Assembly: GCA_043823065.1 (NCBI GenBank)
Contig: JBDRBB010000008.1
Location: 256,554 to 320,553, forward strand
Direction of reading: 5' to 3'
Length of the DNA: 64,000 nt
Source of the DNA: Pseudomonadota bacterium
GTDB lineage: Bacteria > UBA10199 > 2-02-FULL-44-16 > DYJF01
Shown here piece by piece: positions 57,253 to 64,000 of this stretch (position 1 is its first letter; the number at the start of each line of letters is the position of its first letter). The notes beneath the pieces were generated by a model. It searched no databases. It was not told the DNA's origin and worked only from the letters and a program-made list of their open reading frames with translations. The position numbers and the translations under genes were made by a program.

Positions 57253-58464
57253 ATGCGTTTTAGGAAGATAGGATCATATCTAATTATTTTTTTATGCTTG
57301 CTTATTTGTTCAGCTAAAATGGTCAATGCTGAAGATCTAACTCAAAGAATCGAAAAGCTTGAACAGCAAGTTAAAGCCTTACAGGATCAACAAACTACCC
57401 TTACCGATGAATTTTTAAGAAGAACTTTTATCGGAGCTTATGCCAATTTTAGTTATGTTGACGCCCAGGGAGAAATTAACCACTTTGACGGCAATCGTTT
57501 GCATCTAGTGCTTAATTCTAGACTCCATGATCGTATTCGAGCCTATGTTGATATCAACTTTCAACGCGCAGCAGGAATTGCCGCAGACAATTGGCAAAAC
57601 CAAACCATTAGCGTCAATAATCGTAGTGGAATTGTTTCAGTTTATGAAAGTTATGCTGATTTAATGTTTGCCAAATGGCTTAACCTTCGGGCCGGTATTT
57701 TTTTAGTTCCAATTACAGAATACAATCGTAATCCCTATATGGTGCATAGGGATTTTGCCAATGATCCCATGCAGGATGTTTACGAATATTCAGATGTAGG
57801 CGCGGAATTTTTGGGATCTGTTGATATGACAGATGATATAAGTTTTAATTATGAGGTTGGCGCGGTGCAAGGCTTAAGAAGCAGGCCGGAAGGTTTTTTT
57901 CCAACATTTGATGCTGATAATAATAAAGCAAAATCTGTTTTTGGTCGTGCTTATGTAGTTTTTTATGATCAGTATATATTTAATATGGCTGGTTATTACG
58001 GAGATTATACAACAGATGATAGAAGTTCCTATGCTGTATTGGGTTATTTTAAGGCCACTCCCAATACTAAAATTTTGGATCACTTTGAATTATTGGCTGA
58101 GTTCGGTTATTTACATTGGCAAAACAGAGGGACCGTATTTTTAAATACCGAATTTGATAATGTTTACGCTATCAACACCTTTTTGGTTTATAAGTTCTGG
58201 CCATCTTTTCTGGATAAAACGTTTTTAGGTAAAAATTTTGATGATCCAGAATTTACTTTGGGCTTCCGTTATTTTCGGTTGCGCTCAAAATTTCAAAGCG
58301 TATTGATGAATACCATTGATCTAAACAATTATGCCCTGGCTTTTGGCTATCGGCCCATAGATAACTTTGTCATGCATTTGCAATATAGCATTGGAGATGG
58401 AAATTCCGGGGTTAATGTCTTTGATAAAAACGCTTTTATGGTAAATGTTGCTTATGCTTTTTAG
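57253..58464 (+). CDS. Outer-membrane porin-like beta-barrel, paralog 2
   Basis: Long identical blocks with paralog 1 (GAYANF, AAGIAADNWQNQ, EYNRNPYMV); C-terminal VAYAF. Confidence 0.82.
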   Translation: MRFRKIGSYLIIFLCLLICSAKMVNAEDLTQRIEKLEQQVKALQDQQTTLTDEFLRRTFIGAYANFSYVDAQGEINHFDGNRLHLVLNSRLHDRIRAYVDINFQRAAGIAADNWQNQTISVNNRSGIVSVYESYADLMFAKWLNLRAGIFLVPITEYNRNPYMVHRDFANDPMQDVYEYSDVGAEFLGSVDMTDDISFNYEVGAVQGLRSRPEGFFPTFDADNNKAKSVFGRAYVVFYDQYIFNMAGYYGDYTTDDRSSYAVLGYFKATPNTKILDHFELLAEFGYLHWQNRGTVFLNTEFDNVYAINTFLVYKFWPSFLDKTFLGKNFDDPEFTLGFRYFRLRSKFQSVLMNTIDLNNYALAFGYRPIDNFVMHLQYSIGDGNSGVNVFDKNAFMVNVAYAF

Positions 58465-58477
58465 CTAAATATCTGAC

Positions 58478-58912
58478 ATGAAAAAAATATTTTTTGCTAT
58501 TTGTCTGGCTACCTTTGTATCTTTTTCCTTTTTAGCGCAAGCAGGAGAATATCTTGCGGTGATTGTCCATCCGAGCAACTCTTTACGCACAATTAGCAAG
58601 GGCAAGCTGGCAGCTATTTTTCGAGGCGAGGAAAAATATTGGCCAGATGGTAAAAATATTTTGCTGGTCAACCAATCATTGGGCAACAGCGCTCGTAAAA
58701 ATTTCTATCAAAAAGTGTTAAAAACATCACCAGCCACCAAATATTATATTGCTGGTACCATGGCTCCAATTAGGACTGTGGTCCAGAAATCTGAAAACGC
58801 GGTTATGCTTTTTGTATCTAATATGCCACAGTCCATTGGCTACGTTTCTGCGGATTTGCCAGATGAATCCGTAAAAATCTTGCTGATAGATGGGGAGAAA
58901 GTTATCCCCTAA
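58478..58912 (+). CDS. Small periplasmic PBP-like protein, paralog 2
   Basis: 'AVIVHPSN...WPDG...GTMAPIRTV...FVSNMPQSIGYV'. Confidence 0.82.
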   Translation: MKKIFFAICLATFVSFSFLAQAGEYLAVIVHPSNSLRTISKGKLAAIFRGEEKYWPDGKNILLVNQSLGNSARKNFYQKVLKTSPATKYYIAGTMAPIRTVVQKSENAVMLFVSNMPQSIGYVSADLPDESVKILLIDGEKVIP

Positions 58913-58918
58913 GATTAT

Positions 58919-61057
58919 ATGCTTGATTTTATCTTTAAAAAATTTGGCAATAAACTGATTGCCATCATTATATTTATTGTCTTGGTGCCTTTGGTGGTTT
59001 CAGCTTATTTAGCCTCAGTTCAGGTCCAAGATGTATTGCATACATCATTAAAGAAAAGAGTTTTAAATAGCAGCCAGGCTGCGGATAAATTGTTGGGAAA
59101 TTTAATTACTGAGAAGCTGACTTATTTACGACTTTTCTCAGGCGAAGAAAAGCTTCAACAATGTGCGTTAGATAATTGCGTTATGGACCAGTTGTTAAAT
59201 GCTTATCTGGAAACCGCAGCGTTAGACCTGATTTTTGTTAACCAGCCAAATGGTAAATTGTTTTCATCTGCTGGTTTGGCTGATGGTTTGATAGAAAATA
59301 TGCAGCATGTTATCTCTTCTAAACAAATTATTTCCGGTGCAGAAGTGTCAGGTATAATTAAATATAATGGTGAGTTAGCTATTGTTGCCATAGTGCCGGT
59401 TATCACTGCTCAAGGTAAAGTTCTGGGAATTATGGGCGCTGCTAAAGTTCTGGATAATCAAATTGCCTTGTGGATTAAGCATACTACTGGCGCTGAAACA
59501 GGTTTCTTTGTTAACGGCGATTTGGTGGCATCTACTTTGCGTGGCAGAAAAGGCTGGCGAATAAATAAAATTCCAAGCAGCATCTCAACTCTTAAGGAAT
59601 TAAGAGAGCAGCGCATAAATAGTGTGGAAAAGCGCATTGACCTGGTTGATTATGAGCTTGAGGCAAGATTTTCTTTGATCAGGGATGTGGATAATAATCC
59701 TGTAGGCATGTTGCTGGTTGGTGTTTCTCAAATGCCATCTGTTGTAGCTTTAGAAAAAATCAGAATGAATATTGCTCTGGTAGCGATTTTTGCCATTTTG
59801 AGCGCAGTGTTTATAGCTGTTTTTTTTGCCAAAAGGGTTACGGTGCCAGTTCAGGAAATTGTAGACGTAGCCAATATTATTTCTAAAGGAGATTTTTCCA
59901 AAAGAGCCAAGATAATTACCAAAGACGAGATTGGGCAGTTGGCTGCAGCTTTTAATGAAATGACCAATTCTTTGCAAAATACCACAGTTTCCAAAGATTA
60001 TATGGATTCAATTGTCAGCAAAATGGCAGAATGTTTGGTTGTGTTTAATCTTCAGGGCAAGATTGAAACCATTAATGATTCTACAGTAAATCTGTCTGGT
60101 TATGGTAAATCCGAATTAGAAGGCAGTTCAATTAATGATCTGCTGAAATTGCCTGGATCTAATCAATTAAGTTTTGAGCAAGAACATTTGAGAAAAATTC
60201 TAAAGTATAATGTGGTTCGAGATTTAGATGTATATATTGCATGTAAATCAGGAGCATATATTCCAGTTAATTTTTCAGCTTCAATCATGCTTGATAAACA
60301 GGGTAAGGCGACCAGCATTGTTGGTGTGGCCAGAGACATGAGGGAAATTCGCAATATGCAGGCTATGTTGGTTCAGTCTGAAAAATTATCTGCTATTGGC
60401 CAGTTAGGCGCTGGTGTAGCTCATGAGCTTAATAATCCGTTAGCCGGCATTTTAAGTTTAGTAAGAACTTATTTAAAAAAGAAAGAACCTGGCACCAGGG
60501 AACATGAGCTTCTGCAGGATATGGAAGAGGCCAGTGAGCATATGGCCAAGATTATTAAAGATCTGGGAGATTTTTCTAAACAATCTACTGGTGATTTTAT
60601 TCCCTTAAATTGTAATGAAATTATTGAAGCAGCTTTAAGTTTTAGTGCTTTCCAGTTAAAGAAAAAAGGTATAAAATTAGAAAAACAATTTGCTGAAAAT
60701 TTGGCAGAAATTAAAGGAGATAAAAGCCAACTGCAACAAGTAGTAGTTAATTTTCTTACTAATGCTAGAGACGCCATGGATCAAGGAGGTATTTTTAAGA
60801 TTGTTACTAAAAATGCTGAAAAAAATGGCAAAAAATATGTTGAATTGGAATTTAGTGATACAGGTTGTGGTATTGAGCCAGAAAATATTGAGAAGATATT
60901 TGATCCATTTTATACAACCAAGAGACCAGGTGGTGGAACTGGTTTAGGTTTATCAATTACTCATACAATTGTGAGTAATCATCAAGGCTTTATTAGAGTT
61001 AAAAGTGAACCCGACGTTGGTTCAATATTTACGGTAAGCTTGCCAGCTATAACATGA
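58919..61057 (+). CDS. Cache-HAMP-PAS sensor histidine kinase (NtrB-like core)
   Basis: QSEKLSAIGQLGAGVAHELNNPL, NARDAM, DTGCG, FDPFYTTK, GTGLGL. Confidence 0.92.
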   Translation: MLDFIFKKFGNKLIAIIIFIVLVPLVVSAYLASVQVQDVLHTSLKKRVLNSSQAADKLLGNLITEKLTYLRLFSGEEKLQQCALDNCVMDQLLNAYLETAALDLIFVNQPNGKLFSSAGLADGLIENMQHVISSKQIISGAEVSGIIKYNGELAIVAIVPVITAQGKVLGIMGAAKVLDNQIALWIKHTTGAETGFFVNGDLVASTLRGRKGWRINKIPSSISTLKELREQRINSVEKRIDLVDYELEARFSLIRDVDNNPVGMLLVGVSQMPSVVALEKIRMNIALVAIFAILSAVFIAVFFAKRVTVPVQEIVDVANIISKGDFSKRAKIITKDEIGQLAAAFNEMTNSLQNTTVSKDYMDSIVSKMAECLVVFNLQGKIETINDSTVNLSGYGKSELEGSSINDLLKLPGSNQLSFEQEHLRKILKYNVVRDLDVYIACKSGAYIPVNFSASIMLDKQGKATSIVGVARDMREIRNMQAMLVQSEKLSAIGQLGAGVAHELNNPLAGILSLVRTYLKKKEPGTREHELLQDMEEASEHMAKIIKDLGDFSKQSTGDFIPLNCNEIIEAALSFSAFQLKKKGIKLEKQFAENLAEIKGDKSQLQQVVVNFLTNARDAMDQGGIFKIVTKNAEKNGKKYVELEFSDTGCGIEPENIEKIFDPFYTTKRPGGGTGLGLSITHTIVSNHQGFIRVKSEPDVGSIFTVSLPAIT

Positions 61058-61064
61058 GGAAATT

Positions 61065-61448
61065 ATGAGCAAAGCCAAGGTGCTAATTGTGGATGATGAA
61101 AAAATAGTTTTAAAAGCATATTCTTTAGAACTGGAAGAAGCAGGGTTTGAGGTATTCAGAGCTGCCTCAGGAGCAGAGGCCATTGCGATGACAAAAAAAG
61201 AAATGCCTGAAATTGTGTTTACTGATTTGGTCATGCCAGGCATGAATGGCGTGGAGATTTGTAAAAAAATAAAAGAAATTAAACCAGATGCGCAGGTTGT
61301 TTTAATTTCAGGTCATCCAGAAGAGGTGGTTAAATATGCCGTAGCTTTTGTGGATGCTGGTGGCAAAGAAGAATGGTTAAGAAAGCCTTTGGCCAAAGAT
61401 GAATTAATTGAGACTGCAGAGAAATTGGTCAAAGAAATTAAGGGCTAA
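61065..61448 (+). CDS. Stand-alone response regulator receiver
   Basis: VLIVDDE, TDLVMPGMNG, RKPL. Confidence 0.92.
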   Translation: MSKAKVLIVDDEKIVLKAYSLELEEAGFEVFRAASGAEAIAMTKKEMPEIVFTDLVMPGMNGVEICKKIKEIKPDAQVVLISGHPEEVVKYAVAFVDAGGKEEWLRKPLAKDELIETAEKLVKEIKG

Positions 61449-62496
61449 TTTGGGGAAAGATGAGTCTGATGGTTGTGCCAGATTCTTGGTTAGATTCGAT
61501 TTGAGTTTTTCCTTGATATAACTTCATAACTTGTTGAACAATGGGCAAGCCCAAACCAAACCCTTCTATATTGCAAGTAAAATCCCTGTCATGTTGAGTA
61601 AATGGTTCAAAAGCCTGCCTTAACACACTAGGTGGTATTCCTGGACCATCGTCATTAATTTCAGCCACTGTTTCTCCAGTGGCTTCATTCTTAAAAAAAT
61701 TGAGTTTTATCGTGGTCTTGGGTTTGTTGGAAAATTTTAGGGAGTTTTCCAAAATATTTTCAAACACCTTTTCCAATAATTGTTCAGAAAATCTAATATA
61801 TAGATTAGATAAATTTTCACCCCAGATAATATTTAAGGTTTTGTTGGTATTTTTTCTCTGAAATTGTTTGCAGAACTTATGACTAAATTTTACCAAATCA
61901 ATATTCTGGGCCGTATGCATTAAAGACTCATCTTGAATGCTGGAAAAAGTAAGTAAGCGATTGATGATTTGGTCCAGAACAATAATTATTTGATGTTGTC
62001 TTTGCAGATTATTGAGCTGTTTTTCAGTAAATGGACCAGCAATGCCTTGCAGCAAATTATCCATGCCGATTTTAAGGATAGTAAGAGGAGTGCGCAGCTT
62101 GTGGGAAATTAAAGAAAGAAAGTTTCTCTTAAGTTGCTGTTCCTTGTGCTCCTCAGTAATATCTCTTAGAAGGATTACCCGCCAACCATCTGAGCTTACT
62201 TTGCTGATATAGATTGATAAGGTAATTTTTTCTTTAGAATCTGGCAAAGGATCTGCTTCCAAGGTAAAGCTTTGTTCTTGAAGCTTTCTAGTTTGAATAT
62301 CATCTGTATCAACTATAAAGCGGCCATTTAGTTGAGGGAAGAAATCTTCATGCAATTTATGATCATGAGGAGACAGTCCTAAGAATTCTCGAGCAGCATC
62401 ATTGGCATACATGATCTTCCATTTAGCATCTACAATTAGCACACCTTCGGTAATCTTATTAAAAATACGCGACAAGGCCTGGCGATCTATAGTCAT
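61438..62496 (-). CDS. Cytoplasmic PAS histidine kinase (H-box ISHKL)
   Basis: PAS 'EGVLIVD...YANDAA', ISHKLRTPL, NSLKFS, DDGPG, GFGLGL. Confidence 0.9.
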   Translation of the reverse strand: MTIDRQALSRIFNKITEGVLIVDAKWKIMYANDAAREFLGLSPHDHKLHEDFFPQLNGRFIVDTDDIQTRKLQEQSFTLEADPLPDSKEKITLSIYISKVSSDGWRVILLRDITEEHKEQQLKRNFLSLISHKLRTPLTILKIGMDNLLQGIAGPFTEKQLNNLQRQHQIIIVLDQIINRLLTFSSIQDESLMHTAQNIDLVKFSHKFCKQFQRKNTNKTLNIIWGENLSNLYIRFSEQLLEKVFENILENSLKFSNKPKTTIKLNFFKNEATGETVAEINDDGPGIPPSVLRQAFEPFTQHDRDFTCNIEGFGLGLPIVQQVMKLYQGKTQIESNQESGTTIRLIFPQISP

Positions 62497-62813
62497 AATT
62501 TTTCCCAAAAATACTAAGTAATATTACATACATATTTTGTGCCAAAAAGAAAATAGCTGAGTTTTTATAACTATTTGTAATTATTGAATTTTGAGCGCTT
62601 GATAAGCGGCGCATAATATTGATGGGTAAGAAATGCCATCGTTTTGATAAACTGGTGAGAGAAATGACAGTGGCTCTCAAAAGTTATCAAAGTTATCACA
62701 CCAAAGTTATCAGACGGAGCAAAGTTGCAGCAAAATGAAACACTCATGTACGAAAATGCTACACCTCTGTTAATATCATTCCTGTATAAGGCGTATTTAT
62801 AACAACCCATCTC

Positions 62814-62829
62814 TGGCATGCCTTTTGCT
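62814..62829 (+). promoter_or_regulatory. Putative sigma-54 promoter immediately upstream of the RAYT gene
   Basis: TGGCATGCCTTTTGCT, near-consensus GG-N10-GC, 14 nt before ATG 62843. Confidence 0.65.
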
Positions 62830-62842
62830 ATTCACAATAGGT

Positions 62843-63541
62843 ATGGCTTACCTGCCCAGATATAATATTATTTACGACAATGCTTTCTTCCATGTCACCT
62901 GGCAATGTCATAACAAAGATTGGCTACTGCAGTGGGATTGGGCAAAGCAAGCCTACTATAACCTTCTGCTCAAATATAAAGATAAATATGGAGTTGAAAT
63001 CTATTCCTATAACTTTATGGATAACCATCCACATCTAACTGGCCATCTTGATAATAAAGAAGCCTTTTCTGCCTTCTTCAGGCTAGTAAATAGCCAATTT
63101 GCTAGGATTGTGAATAAACACCTTAAAAGAAGAGGCCAAGTAGTTATGGATCGCTTTAAGTCTCCTGTAATTGAATCAGACGAACATATGCTCACTGCCA
63201 TGGCTTATATTGATCTTAATCAACATAGAGTAAAGAAAGTAACACATCCTAGAAAGAATGATTGGTCTTCATATAAATACTATGCTTATGGCAAAGCAGA
63301 TCCTCTGATTACCCCTTCTCCATCTTATCTGGCATTAGGAAGAAATGCCTTAGAAAGGCAAAAGCAGTATCGAGCTATTGTAGAAGACTTGATTAAGCAT
63401 CGGGCTACAATTAATATTTCACATACGCATTTTATAGGCAATCCAGACTGGGTGTTAAAGAAATATCGAGAATTGTGTGAAACTCTTGGTAGAAAGATGA
63501 TTGAAAGTATCGCCATTAGATTAACCAGCCCACCCCAGTAA
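62843..63541 (+). mobile_element. REP-associated tyrosine transposase (RAYT, Y1 HUH family)
   Basis: FHVT, 'YNFMDNHPHL' HUH motif, 'RFKS', 'YIDLN' catalytic Tyr, 'WSSY'. Confidence 0.9.
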
Positions 63542-63826
63542 CTGGCATTTAGTTTTCATTTCATTCGGATCAGCTTCAGGAAACCACCTATAAAGAGCGA
63601 GGATTATTAACTGCGTATTATTTTTTAGTTTTTCGCTCTTTATGCCTAACAGTTTCTGCAAAAGCTGGTGCAGAGTTTATAAAAAGTAAATTCAATGCAC
63701 AGCAAAAAACAAAATCATGGCCAAACATAACTATTTGGTATGTTTTTTTCTATAAATATTGGTTCTTGCTCCGTCTGACGGTCGCGTGGTTCGGCTCTGG
63801 GTTCGAATCATCCATCAAACCATAAA

Positions 63827-63856
63827 CAAAAAATCCCCCTTTTGGGGGATTTTTTG
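63827..63856. terminator. Bidirectional intrinsic terminator
   Basis: Perfect 13-bp stem caaaaaatccccc-tttt-gggggattttttg. Confidence 0.75.
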
Positions 63857-63962
63857 CTTGCGGCCCCTGTGGGACAAAGTTCGAACTTATTTTCAATCTG
63901 AATATTCCTAGGATGGAATGCGTTCACTTTTCAAGAGTTAAATCTGCAATTCCGAGGGAGCA

Positions 63963-63995
63963 AAATTTGCGCCCACGCAAGCGTGGCACAAATTT
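63963..63995. repeat. GC-rich hairpin, possibly part of a REP-like element continuing past the window
   Basis: aaatttgcgcccacgc-aa-gcgtggcacaaattt. Confidence 0.45.
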
Positions 63996-64000
63996 CGCAA

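Noticed and set aside
62528..62544. Sigma-54 promoter for the minus-strand kinase (TGGCACAAAATATGTA)
   Set aside because: Good -24 box, but -12 reads GT rather than GC; too weak to call.
62459..62819. Short ORFs 62459..62680 and 62571..62819 (-)
   Set aside because: No recognisable motifs or RBS; they lie in the divergent promoter region.
505..63516. Many 60-140 aa antisense or alternate-frame ORFs in the track
   Set aside because: They lie within well-supported genes and show no independent coding signal.
63765..63815. Intact tRNA gene
   Set aside because: Only a T-loop-like motif; no acceptor, D or anticodon arms could be folded.

Overview
AT-rich chromosomal segment of a diderm bacterium. 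Gene order (xseA-xseB-ispA; ispE-tRNA-Gln-prs-rplY-pth-rpsF-rpsR-yybS-rplI-dnaB) suggests a 'deltaproteobacteria'-like lineage; this is inference, not a database result. In order: TPR, FG-GAP and PilZ genes; queG; patatin; xseAB-ispA followed by yjbQ and a form IV RubisCO-like protein; an ArcE/COG2403-like enzyme co-oriented with glgC-GH57-galT-glgA; an acidic surface lipoprotein; aspC; the ispE-to-dnaB housekeeping operon with tRNA-Gln(TTG); asnA; feoB with a Fur-FeoA fusion; a LonC-like protease; cdd. A ~26 kb block then combines an MSHA-like type IV pilus locus with four histidine kinases, three stand-alone receivers and a tandemly duplicated porin + small periplasmic-binding-protein module. 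A RAYT transposase ends the window. Small palindromic elements are scattered throughout, including one translated in-frame inside queG and a three-layer nest after dnaB. The best candidates for an undescribed system are (i) yjbQ + RLP in the usual dxs position after ispA and (ii) the duplicated porin/PBP/kinase module coupled to a pilus whose c-di-GMP motifs look degenerate. All family calls are from motif recognition by eye; no searches were run.
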